The notes beneath the pieces are model-generated. The model was given only the letters and a program-made list of their open reading frames with translations, did no database searches and had not been told where the DNA came from. A program made the position numbers and the translations under genes. A stretch of 64,000 nt of DNA from an uncultured Eubacteriales bacterium (lineage in GTDB: Bacteria > Acidobacteriota > Aminicenantia > Aminicenantales > Aminicenantaceae). Below are positions 29,214 to 38,150 of this stretch, piece after piece. The stretch covers positions 46,800 through 110,799 of the forward strand of contig CAYNVQ010000006.1 of NCBI GenBank assembly GCA_964400735.1. The letters are read 5' to 3'. Position 1 is the first letter of the stretch. Every line of letters begins with the position of its first letter.

Positions 29214-29689
29214 GGTCTTTCTCCTCTCATCGTCCGTGCTGCGGTCTGGATGGCCTGGATGATCCGGGTATAGTTTCCGCAACGGCATAGATTTCCTTCC
29301 ATGGTCTCGACGATATTCTTCATGGAAGGTTCGGGATTTTTCAAAAGCATAGCGTAGGCTCCCAGGAGCATTCCAGGCGTGCAATAGCCGCACTGAAGTG
29401 CATTGTGCTGCATAAAGGCATTTTGCAAAGGATGAAGCTTCCCGTTTTTGCCCAAACCTTCGATAGTCAAAATTTCCTTGCCCTCCGCTTCCTTGAGAGG
29501 GAATTGGCAAGACTGGACCGGCTCGTTATCGACCAGTACAGTGCAGGCCCCGCAGAATCCTTCACCGCAGCCGTATTTGGTGCCGGTCAGCTCGAGATCG
29601 GAACGCAGAACCCATAACAGCATCCGGTCCGGGGATGAAGTCATGTCGACTGTTTTCCCGTTGAGTTTGAATCGAAAAATTTTTTCCAT
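29210..29689 (-). CDS. (2Fe-2S)-binding small subunit of the molybdenum hydroxylase
   Basis: Two Cys clusters are present. One is a plant-ferredoxin-like CGEGFCGACTV. The other is the helical CGYCTPG...CRCGNYTRI motif typical of CoxS/IorA-type subunits. Confidence 0.9.
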   Translation of the reverse strand: MEKIFRFKLNGKTVDMTSSPDRMLLWVLRSDLELTGTKYGCGEGFCGACTVLVDNEPVQSCQFPLKEAEGKEILTIEGLGKNGKLHPLQNAFMQHNALQCGYCTPGMLLGAYAMLLKNPEPSMKNIVETMEGNLCRCGNYTRIIQAIQTAARTMRGERP

Positions 29690-30281
29690 TTGTATTCCCT
29701 ATATTGAAAGTAATTTTTAGCTTATCTTAAGTTAACACAGACCATTTTCCCTGTCAAAAGAATCAATTCCTGCGAGTTGTCGCCACTAAATCTTCACCGA
29801 ATCATTACATTTCCTAAACACAAGTCGTATGGAAAAATCATATATTTTCATCAGGTATGATTGAGGGATGGATATCGGTCGGCCCATGGTACGTGAAACT
29901 TTTACAATTTCTTTACAATATCATGACGTTTCGGAGGAAAATAGAACATAATTTATCAAATATCCGCTGGAAAGAAGTCACATCAGAGCCGGTTAACCAA
30001 AACACAATAGAATCGCAACTTTAACTCAACCTTCCATCTTTCAATACATATAAAATTGTTTTTGTGATTTTCCATCTTGAAAAAAGTCCCGTCCTATATT
30101 TAAAGAATTTCCAGGATTTCCAAAAATTTCTATCCTCTTGTATCTCTCGTTTCTCGCGAGATCATTCCCTGCTCTGTTTGACTTCGGGATTTGCCTGTAT
30201 TACATTTCATTATAAGGAAGGGGAAGATATTGATGATCCCCAATGGCTCATGATTTTTACGTAATACCAAGAGCACACAAA

Positions 30282-32429
30282 ATGAAAACGAAACTGGACT
30301 GGCAGAAAAGAGCGCTGATTTTATTCGCCGCCCTAATACTGATTCTCAGCGTCATCCTCACCATATTCGCCATTCGGGAAGCTGAAAGAGAAAAAATCCT
30401 AAGGCAGAGAGAAATAAACCAAGAGCAGCAGAGAACGGCAGACGCGATCGTCGATCAGGTTAGAGAAAATATCTCGGAGGCAGAAAAGCGGATACTCAGG
30501 CTGCTTGGCCAATCACAAGATCGGTTTAGTGAAGACACGCTGAGCGAAACCGCTGGCAGGATAGATGAGAATGAACCTTTGGTCTCCGACGTCTTTTATA
30601 TCGTGGATGATGGACAAATCTACTTTCCTCTTTTCAAACCACTTTACATCCTCTCTGAAAAATCAGAATACTTGGGGGAAATCCCGACTGAAATCGAGAA
30701 AGATCCACTTTTAAAAGCCGCGGAGGCTGAGGAATTCAAAAGGAGAAATTATTCTCAGGCCATCAGAAATTATAGACAATTGCTGACTTCGACTTCCGAT
30801 AGAACCGCTGGCGCACTGCTCCTGAACCGGATGGCGCGGTGTTATTTGAACTCGGGGGATCCACTCAGGGCTGTCGATACATATAAAAAGATTGTAAACG
30901 GCTATGAAAAGGAGGTCGGTTCCGACGGAATTCCCTTTGCCTTGATGGCTCTTTTCCAAATGGGGTCGATATATGACCGTATGGATAGGAAGCCAGAAAG
31001 TGCGGAAGCCTTCCTAGAACTTTATGATGGTCTATTGGAAGCTGAATGGTCTTTGAGCCGGTCCCAGTTCGATTTCTACATGAGGAAGGTCAAAGCGGAG
31101 CTGTCCGGAGTGAGTGCGGAAATAGATGATGAGGAGACCAAAAAGGCCCTCGCTGAAAAACAGGCGGTCCTACGACAGCTGGAAAAGGAAAAATTGAAAA
31201 GGATGGCCACAATTGAAGATCTCCACCAAAGGGTTCTTCCAGTATTGATGACAAGAAAAAAAACTGCTCCCGTAATTCCTGAGATGTTTTCTCATTTTTC
31301 TGACACAAGCGGAGAAAATACGCATCTTGTCTCTTATGTTATGGATGAAGCAAATTCGATTATAGGATTCACTATTGATGAGAACTATTTGAAAAATGAA
31401 CTTCTTGCCTCAATAGAGGAAAAGGATACATCCAGAGATGGCTGCTCCGTTGAAGTCGTTGATAATAAACACAATTTGGTGCTAGGCAAGGATATTTCTC
31501 GAGCGGAGAACAACGGGCCTCCGCTGCGTTATTCGAAGGATTTTGAAGAAAATTTTCCTCCCTGGACAGTTAGGATTTACCAGACCGCTCCCAATGCGGC
31601 TCAGCGAGAATTCAATATGCGGCGCAATATCTATATTTCCCTGGTTGCGGTTGTCATCGCGGCCCTTCTTTTCGGCGGCTTGTTGGCGATCAGAAGCACG
31701 GCCAAGGAATTGAAACTGGCCAGGTTGAAATCCGAGTTTGTCTCCACCGTTTCCCATGAGTTCAGGACGCCGCTGACCTCCATCCGATATTTGGCCGACC
31801 TGCTCCAGAGGGGGCGTGTGGGAAAAGAGAAAAGGAAGCAACAGTATTACGAGACTATCACGCAAGAGAGCGAGCGGCTCAGCCGCTTTATCGAGAACAT
31901 CCTTGATTTCTCGAAGATCGAAGCCGGAGTGAAGGAATATAAGTTTGCCGAGGTGGATGCGGTCGAGATGTGCCGGGATATCGTCTCCAGATTTCAGCAG
32001 CAGGTGGATCCTCAGGAGTTCATCATAGAAAGTGAAGTCCGATCGGAATTGCCCCAAATTTTTGCGGATAGGGAGGCCCTTTCCAGGGCAATTTTCAACT
32101 TACTCGATAATGCCGTGAAGTATTCTGGTGACAGCCGGAAGATTTCTGTACGGGCATGGCCGGATGAGTCGAATGTATTTATAGAAGTGGAAGATGAAGG
32201 AGTCGGTATCGGGAAAGAAGAGCAGCAAAGGGTTTTCGATAAATTCTACCGGTCGGAAACTATCCACGAGAGCAGTGTCAAGGGAAGCGGGATCGGCCTG
32301 ACCATCGTGGACCATATCGTCAAAGCTCATGGGGGAGAAGTGTTCCTGGAAAGCGTATTAGGAAAAGGCACCAAAGTAAGGCTCCGTCTTCCCAGAGATA
32401 AAGAAATAAAGGTGGATGAAAATGGATAG
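30282..32429 (+). CDS. Sensor histidine kinase, module 5; paralog of HK4
   Basis: The preferred start is the ATG at 30282, MKTKLDWQKRALILF..., which is collinear with HK4 MGFRLNWQRRSTVIL. The track start at 30243 is upstream in frame. FPPW precedes TM2, IYISLVAVVIAALLFGGLLAI. The H-box is VSHEFRTPLTSI. GSGIGLTIV is present. Confidence 0.85.
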   Translation: MKTKLDWQKRALILFAALILILSVILTIFAIREAEREKILRQREINQEQQRTADAIVDQVRENISEAEKRILRLLGQSQDRFSEDTLSETAGRIDENEPLVSDVFYIVDDGQIYFPLFKPLYILSEKSEYLGEIPTEIEKDPLLKAAEAEEFKRRNYSQAIRNYRQLLTSTSDRTAGALLLNRMARCYLNSGDPLRAVDTYKKIVNGYEKEVGSDGIPFALMALFQMGSIYDRMDRKPESAEAFLELYDGLLEAEWSLSRSQFDFYMRKVKAELSGVSAEIDDEETKKALAEKQAVLRQLEKEKLKRMATIEDLHQRVLPVLMTRKKTAPVIPEMFSHFSDTSGENTHLVSYVMDEANSIIGFTIDENYLKNELLASIEEKDTSRDGCSVEVVDNKHNLVLGKDISRAENNGPPLRYSKDFEENFPPWTVRIYQTAPNAAQREFNMRRNIYISLVAVVIAALLFGGLLAIRSTAKELKLARLKSEFVSTVSHEFRTPLTSIRYLADLLQRGRVGKEKRKQQYYETITQESERLSRFIENILDFSKIEAGVKEYKFAEVDAVEMCRDIVSRFQQQVDPQEFIIESEVRSELPQIFADREALSRAIFNLLDNAVKYSGDSRKISVRAWPDESNVFIEVEDEGVGIGKEEQQRVFDKFYRSETIHESSVKGSGIGLTIVDHIVKAHGGEVFLESVLGKGTKVRLRLPRDKEIKVDENG

Positions 32430-33102
32430 AATATTGATCATCGAGGACGACAAAGCCATCCTCATGGGATTAAAAGATGATCTGGAATACGAGGGATACA
32501 AGGTCGCAATAGCCTTGAACGGGAAAGAGGGGCTTAAAATGGCCATGGAAGGGAAATTCCAGATGATTATCCTGGATATCCTGCTTCCCTGTTTGAACGG
32601 TTTCGAGGTGTGTAAGAAATTGAGGGAAGCAGGCGTCGGCACGCCTATTTTGATGCTGACGGCCGCCAAGACCGAGGAGATGGACAAGGTGACCGGGCTG
32701 GAACTGGGGGCAGACGATTATGTCACCAAGCCCATAGGGTCGCGGGAGATGGTGGCAAGAGTGAAAGCAATTTTGAGGAGAGTCAATCACAAGGGGGAAA
32801 CCGCAGATTTTCATGAATTCGGTGATATCACTGTTCATTTCAAAAGCCGGGAAGTTCAGAAGGCCGGGAAAAGAGTCCATCTGACCGCTTTGGAGTTCGA
32901 TCTCCTCACGTTTTTTATTGAGCATAAAGGAGAAGTGGTGACCAGAGATGCCATGCTGGATGAGGCGTGGGGGGATGCCATCGTCTCCCCCCGGACTATC
33001 GATCCTCACATCGTCCATTTGAGGCAAAAATTAGAAGATAATCCGGCCAACCCGAAGCATATCGTCAGCATCAGAGGGGTAGGGTATAAATTCAATGGAT
33101 GA
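32416..33102 (+). CDS. OmpR-family response regulator, module 5
   Basis: Starts in frame at 32416 (MKMDRILIIEDD) or at 32422 (MDRILIIEDD); both overlap the HK5 end. The C-terminus is SIRGVGYKFNG. It is about 60% identical to RR4 over the full length. Confidence 0.9.
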   Translation: MKMDRILIIEDDKAILMGLKDDLEYEGYKVAIALNGKEGLKMAMEGKFQMIILDILLPCLNGFEVCKKLREAGVGTPILMLTAAKTEEMDKVTGLELGADDYVTKPIGSREMVARVKAILRRVNHKGETADFHEFGDITVHFKSREVQKAGKRVHLTALEFDLLTFFIEHKGEVVTRDAMLDEAWGDAIVSPRTIDPHIVHLRQKLEDNPANPKHIVSIRGVGYKFNG

Positions 33103-33210
33103 AATTTTCACAACAAAAGCGCATCTCAATCGCAACAGAAGCTTAACCACGGGCTTTATGAGTTTTGATACGATTCCCTATGAAATGAAATTTTATAGGG
33201 AGGTCGAATA

Positions 33211-35313
33211 ATGAGACAACAAAAAATTTATTTCTTGGCTTCTGCGGTCTTTTTGACTGCGATGGTATTGGTCTCTTTTCAGCATGCGTTCACCCAGGAA
33301 TCAGCCGAGGATCTCTACCAAGCCGCCCTGTTCAAAAAGAACGCAGACGGAGATTTGAAGGGAGCGATCGCACTCTTCAACAAGATATTAAAGGAGTTTC
33401 CTGACGACAGAAAGATCTGTGCGCAAGCCCATCTTCAACTGGGCATGTGTTACGAGAAATTGGGAATGGAACAGGCCCAAAGGTCTTACAAGCAGGTGAT
33501 CGAGGGGTATCCGGAACAAACTGATGCGGTCAGAGCCGCAAGAGAAAAATTATCGACTCTTTTGAGTGCCAAGAAAGCCGCTGAGAAAGTCGAGGAGGGA
33601 TTCCAAATCCGTTTAGTTGAACAAGGCTTAGATAGCTCTGGCGAGATTTCGCCGGATGACAAATATCTGTGCTGTGTGGACTGGGAGACTTCGAATTTGG
33701 CTGTTAGGGACATGGCATCCGGAGAATTGCTACGCCTCACAAGTCATAAGCGCTCCGCGTCCGATTCTCCTGACTTCTATGAAGCTCCGTTTGGCTGCGT
33801 ATGGGCACCGGACCAAAAACGGATCGCTTACACTTGGTATGGTCTTAAACCCCTAATCTGTGAGCTCCGCATAATTGGAATCGATGACAAAAAGCCACGC
33901 ATTCTCTACCATGGGAATTATTATAATGATTGGGTGATGCCCCACGATTGGTCGCCTGATGGTAAACACATTCTGACCGGATTCCTGGGTGAGAAAGGCT
34001 GGAAATTAGGATTGCTCTCTGTTGAAGATTCGTCTATCCGTCACTTAAAAACCATCCCGTTAGTGGAATCTCACGCACGTTATGCTCAGTTTTCGCCTGA
34101 TGGCCGGTATGTTGTGTACAATCATCCTCAAGAGATAGACTCGGGAAAAAGCGACATCTCCCTTCTTTCAATAGAAGACAAACAGGAAATCCCACTCGTC
34201 CAGCATCCTGCTGATGACAGATTGATGGGTTGCTCTCCGGACGGGAACGGGGTTCTATTTTTAAGCGACCGAACGGGCACCTGGGATGCCTGGATCATGC
34301 CTGTCTCTAAAGGAAAGCCGCAGGGGGATCCTCAGCTCATAAGAAGAGAAATAGGATTGATTCATCCTATGGGAATTTCCCGCACAGGTTCTTTTTACTA
34401 CAGCACTCCTGGATTCAGGACCGATATTTTTTATGCTTCAATCGACCCAATATCAGGGGCAGTCATAGAGCCAGCCAAGAAATATCCTCTCTCTTATGAA
34501 GGACACAACCATCGCCCCGATTTATCGCCCGATGGAAAAAATCTCGTTTATGTCTCTGATCGAGGTCAAAGAGCTCTCTGTATTTATTCTTTGGAGACGG
34601 GTGAGGAGCGTAAAATCTCGCTTAAAGGAAAATTTAGTGGCTTTGGGCGTTCTCGATGGGCTCCTGATGGGAGGTCTATTCTTATAGAAGGGAATGAAAA
34701 AGAAAGAGGTCGTGGTTGGTATAAAGTGGATTTACAAACTGGCGATACTACTCTTATAATCCCTCATGGTTCGTGGTCGCTGGCAGCAGCTCCCGATGGA
34801 AAGACAGTTTATTACGACAAGTTAACATCGAAAAAGTTTTCCCAGATCATGAAAAGAGATATTGAAACGGGAGAAGAGCAGGAATTGTATCGCATTCCGC
34901 CCTATGATAATACGACTCTTGCTCTTTCACCTGACGGGAAGCGCTTGGCCTTGATGATGAGGGAAAATGAAACGACAAGAGGACTTAAAGTCTTACCTGC
35001 TGCAGGGGGGGAGCCGACTGCATTACACAGCTTTGAAAAAGACCGCCAGGTTAAGTATATAGGTATTACCTGGTCTCCTGACGGCCGTTATATCTACTTC
35101 TCCAAACAGAAACCCAACAGCGGTGGAATTTGGGAGCTGTGGCGGATACCCTCTGAAGGTGGTGAAGCTAAGAATCTTGGGTTAGCCATGCACAGTATCA
35201 TGCAGCCGAACATTCATCCCGATGGCAGCCGGATTACCTTTGCTTCACTGACTATGCACGAAAAGGTGGGTGCCGTCTGGGTCATGGAAAATTTCCTGCA
35301 AAAAAAAAAATAG
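33211..35313 (+). CDS. Secreted TPR-like plus PD40 beta-propeller protein, module 5
   Basis: The RBS is atagggaggtcgaataATG. The signal peptide is MRQQKIYFLASAVFLTAMVLVSFQHAFTQ. The family motif is AQAHLQLGMCYEKLG. SPDGK, WAPDGR and HPDGS repeats are present. The C-terminus is VWVMENFLQKKK. Confidence 0.8.
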   Translation: MRQQKIYFLASAVFLTAMVLVSFQHAFTQESAEDLYQAALFKKNADGDLKGAIALFNKILKEFPDDRKICAQAHLQLGMCYEKLGMEQAQRSYKQVIEGYPEQTDAVRAAREKLSTLLSAKKAAEKVEEGFQIRLVEQGLDSSGEISPDDKYLCCVDWETSNLAVRDMASGELLRLTSHKRSASDSPDFYEAPFGCVWAPDQKRIAYTWYGLKPLICELRIIGIDDKKPRILYHGNYYNDWVMPHDWSPDGKHILTGFLGEKGWKLGLLSVEDSSIRHLKTIPLVESHARYAQFSPDGRYVVYNHPQEIDSGKSDISLLSIEDKQEIPLVQHPADDRLMGCSPDGNGVLFLSDRTGTWDAWIMPVSKGKPQGDPQLIRREIGLIHPMGISRTGSFYYSTPGFRTDIFYASIDPISGAVIEPAKKYPLSYEGHNHRPDLSPDGKNLVYVSDRGQRALCIYSLETGEERKISLKGKFSGFGRSRWAPDGRSILIEGNEKERGRGWYKVDLQTGDTTLIIPHGSWSLAAAPDGKTVYYDKLTSKKFSQIMKRDIETGEEQELYRIPPYDNTTLALSPDGKRLALMMRENETTRGLKVLPAAGGEPTALHSFEKDRQVKYIGITWSPDGRYIYFSKQKPNSGGIWELWRIPSEGGEAKNLGLAMHSIMQPNIHPDGSRITFASLTMHEKVGAVWVMENFLQKKK

Positions 35314-35404
35314 AACTATCCTCTTTTCTGCTCCATGTTCGCTTTTTTTGACGTGGATTTGTGGCTGTGGTATATGTGTGGTTGAGAATGGGTGAGAGAG
35401 GAGG

Positions 35405-36361
35405 GTGCCCATGCTGGTAAAAAAGGGCCAGAAAATTAAATCATCGGAGATCACTCCCAAGAAGCTCTACATGAACCGCCGCGAGTTCATCGCAGGGTCG
35501 GCTGCGGTTGCAGGGATAGGGCTAATCAAGCCCGTCGCGCTATTTTCATCTCAGGAACAGCAGGAAAAGAAGCTGAGGATCGAAAAAACAGGAGAATACA
35601 CGGTCCCTGAGAAGCTGACTTCATATGAAGATGCCACAGGTTACACCAATTATTATGAATTTTCCACGAGCAAGTTTGGGCCGACAAAACTGGCGAAAGA
35701 TTTCAAGACCCGTCCCTGGACCGTTTCCATCGAAGGAGAGGTGAAAGAGCCTCTGAAATTCGGTGTCGATGAAATTATCGACATGTTTCCTTTAGAAGAA
35801 CGCGTTTACCGCTGGCGCTGTGTGGAAGCCTGGAGAATGATTATTCCTTGGATAGGATATCCTCTTGCCGGGCTCATCAAAAAATGCAATCCTACCTCTA
35901 AGGCCAATTTCATAGAGTACACGACCGTCATGGATAAAGAACAAATGCCCGGCTTGAAAAAGAATGTACTGGATTGGCCTTATACGGAAGGCCTTCGGAT
36001 GGACGAGGCCATGCATCCTCTGACTTTCCTTGGCGTCGGAATGTATGGGGACTTCCTGCCCAACCAGAACGGGGCGCCCTTGCGGATGGTCATCCCCTGG
36101 AAGTACGGATTCAAGAGCGGTAAGTCTATTGTGAGAATTCGGTTTTTAGAAAAGATGCCCAAAACCTCCTGGAATAGAAAAAGACCGGAGGAATATGGTT
36201 TCTATGCCAACGTCAATCCTAGCGTGGACCACCCAAGATGGACCCAAGCGACCGAACGCCGGATCGGCGAAGAAGGACGCCGCAAAACCCTGATGTTCAA
36301 CGGTTATGGCGATGAAGTCGGTTCCCTTTACTCCGGCATGGACCTTAAAAAGTACTACTGA
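35405..36361 (+). CDS. msrP: Periplasmic protein-methionine-sulfoxide reductase catalytic subunit MsrP (YedY; sulfite-oxidase-family molybdoenzyme)
   Basis: The Tat motif is NRREFIAGSAAVAGIGL. The protein is collinear with E. coli MsrP across the whole length. Shared segments include YNNYYEF, PWTVSIEGEVKEPL, ERVYRWRCVEAWRMIIPWIGYPL, GLRMDEAMHPLTFLGVGMYG, NGAPLRMVIPWKYGFKSGKSIV, EYGFYANVNPSVDHPRWTQATER and LMFNGY. No msrQ-like membrane haem subunit gene follows. Confidence 0.9.
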   Translation: MPMLVKKGQKIKSSEITPKKLYMNRREFIAGSAAVAGIGLIKPVALFSSQEQQEKKLRIEKTGEYTVPEKLTSYEDATGYTNYYEFSTSKFGPTKLAKDFKTRPWTVSIEGEVKEPLKFGVDEIIDMFPLEERVYRWRCVEAWRMIIPWIGYPLAGLIKKCNPTSKANFIEYTTVMDKEQMPGLKKNVLDWPYTEGLRMDEAMHPLTFLGVGMYGDFLPNQNGAPLRMVIPWKYGFKSGKSIVRIRFLEKMPKTSWNRKRPEEYGFYANVNPSVDHPRWTQATERRIGEEGRRKTLMFNGYGDEVGSLYSGMDLKKYY

Positions 36362-36447
36362 TTTATTCTCTCGCAATTTTTGCTCGATATCTTATTTCAT
36401 CCTAGACATCTTTTTTTCTTTGGCATAGATTGGGGGAGGGAGAACCG

Positions 36448-36472
36448 GTGAAATTCTGCAACCTCAAGGAGA
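36448..36472 (+). promoter_or_regulatory. Putative ECF-sigma-type promoter, AAC-N16-CGTT, upstream of the ECF sigma gene
   Basis: tGCAACctcaaggagactggtaCGTTtaagtg ends 19 nt before the sigma gene start. The -10 region ACGTTTAAGTG is identical over 11 nt to the -10 region of the HK1 promoter at 1657..1667. Confidence 0.35.
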
Positions 36473-36496
36473 CTGGTACGTTTAAGTGAGTGATAG

Positions 36497-37087
36497 ATGA
36501 AGATTCAACGAACGGATGAAGAATTGATGCTGAGCTACAAGGACGGAGATAAAGATGCCTTTGAGGTTCTTTACCAGAGATATGAAAAGCCTGTCCTGAA
36601 TCTCGTTTATCGGATGGTGATGGATGCCTCTGAAGCAGAGAGCTTGTGCCAGGAAACATTCTACAGAGTCGTAAAGGCCCGAAAGAAATACAAAGCAACC
36701 GCACAGTTCAAAACATGGCTCTTTCAGATTGCCCTTAATCTAAGCCGTGACAGATTGCGAAGAATGAAACACCGGTCACATCTCTCCCTGAACGCTCCGA
36801 TTCAGTCACAAAACGAGGCGGGAATCGAGCTTCTGGACTGCCTCTCCGATCCTACCCCAAGTGCTGCTGAGAAACTCGAATCAGGACAACTGGAATCTTT
36901 GGTCAAAGCAGCCATCGCTTCTTTACCCGAGGAAGAACACCTAGTGGTCGTCATGAAAGAATATCAGGGGATGCCGTACTCTGAGATAGCCGAAGTCATG
37001 AACTGCCCGGTCAGCACCCTGAAATCCCACAATCACAGGGCTCATCAAAAATTGAAAAAAATTCTATCCAGATATTTAGGGGATTGA
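36497..37087 (+). CDS. ECF-subfamily RNA polymerase sigma-70 factor
   Basis: Region 2 is LYQRYEKPVLNLVYRMVMDASEAESLCQETFYRV...WLFQIALNLSRDRLRR. Region 4 is EEHLVVVMKEYQGMPYSEIAEVMNCPVSTLKSHNHRAHQKL. Its length of 196 aa is typical of ECF sigmas. Confidence 0.85.
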   Translation: MKIQRTDEELMLSYKDGDKDAFEVLYQRYEKPVLNLVYRMVMDASEAESLCQETFYRVVKARKKYKATAQFKTWLFQIALNLSRDRLRRMKHRSHLSLNAPIQSQNEAGIELLDCLSDPTPSAAEKLESGQLESLVKAAIASLPEEEHLVVVMKEYQGMPYSEIAEVMNCPVSTLKSHNHRAHQKLKKILSRYLGD

Positions 37088-37090
37088 ACC

Positions 37091-38074
37091 ATGAAATGTG
37101 AAGATATCCAGAAAGAATTAAAGGCTTTTCTCGACGACGATATGGACGCTAGAAAAAAGTCCGAGATAAAGCAACACCTTGACCGCTGCTCGAATTGCTC
37201 AGAGAATTTGGAGCAACTCAAAAAACTGTCGGGAGTTCTTCACGTCTGGGAAGGAATCGAACCCTCTGTTCATTCTTATGAGAAGCTGAAAGCAAGGGTC
37301 GAATCCAAGAAATCGATCTGGGAAAGGGTTTTCACCTATTCCTTTGTAAAAAAGGCAGCGTTTCGGTTCGCAGAAATTGCAGCGGTTGTGGTTTTGACGC
37401 TGATCATCAGCCACTCGCTGCAAAAGCCGGCACCGGTCACCGGGAGCGATACGGACACGATCAATCTCTATCTGACAGAACACAGGGGGGCCGTGCTGAA
37501 TACCGTATCCGAGGAGCTTGCGCCCCAGACAGAAACCCGGATATCTGTACCTCCAGAGGACTTCTTGTACTACGAACACATAGAGGGTTTCCCTCGATAC
37601 ATAAGGCCCGGCGTGATCCTTAGAGGGCCATCCGAATACCAAAGGGAAATTCCAAAGCCTGATTCTCCTTCCATTTCAAAGGGAGAGATCCTCGATCTCC
37701 CTCAGGCGCGGAAAGCGGTGGATTTCGTACCCGTGGCCCCAATTAGACTTCATCCCGGTTACATTCTTGACAGCATCAGAAAAATCGAGGACTACAACAG
37801 TCTGCATCTGATTTACACCAATGGAATAAACACCTTATCGTTATTCGAACAGTCCCTCGATGGGAAGAAAGGCCTTGCTGCGCAGGACTTCAGGGAATAT
37901 GCCGTATACCGCAGTATCGAGACCGATGAGTTACCAATGTCAGGATCGGATAAAGCCACCATTCTCGCCTGGAGAAATGGTTCTGTTTCTTTTGTTTTGA
38001 TCGGGAATGAAGGAATGACCCGGTTGATGGACTTTGCACAGGCTATCAGCGCTGAGAGTAAAAATAGCCGCTGA
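37091..38074 (+). CDS. Putative zinc-finger (zf-HC2) anti-sigma factor, single TM helix
   Basis: It starts 4 nt after the sigma gene. The N-terminal anti-sigma domain carries an H-x3-C-x2-C motif, HLDRCSNCSENL. The TM helix is FAEIAAVVVLTLIISHSL. A periplasmic domain of about 200 aa follows. Confidence 0.7.
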   Translation: MKCEDIQKELKAFLDDDMDARKKSEIKQHLDRCSNCSENLEQLKKLSGVLHVWEGIEPSVHSYEKLKARVESKKSIWERVFTYSFVKKAAFRFAEIAAVVVLTLIISHSLQKPAPVTGSDTDTINLYLTEHRGAVLNTVSEELAPQTETRISVPPEDFLYYEHIEGFPRYIRPGVILRGPSEYQREIPKPDSPSISKGEILDLPQARKAVDFVPVAPIRLHPGYILDSIRKIEDYNSLHLIYTNGINTLSLFEQSLDGKKGLAAQDFREYAVYRSIETDELPMSGSDKATILAWRNGSVSFVLIGNEGMTRLMDFAQAISAESKNSR

Positions 38075-38150
38075 ATGCATGAATGATCATTGACTGCTGA
38101 TCATTTGTGGATTCCGTGAGAGCGAAACTTCCGTAAAGGAGAGGACAATT

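Noticed and set aside
29214-29510. Upstream 99-codon extension of the Mo-subunit ORF (track ORF 27093..29510)
   Set aside because: The extension overlaps the (2Fe-2S) subunit gene out of frame. The ATG at 29213 gives the classic ATGA coupling and places the Tat motif near the N-terminus.
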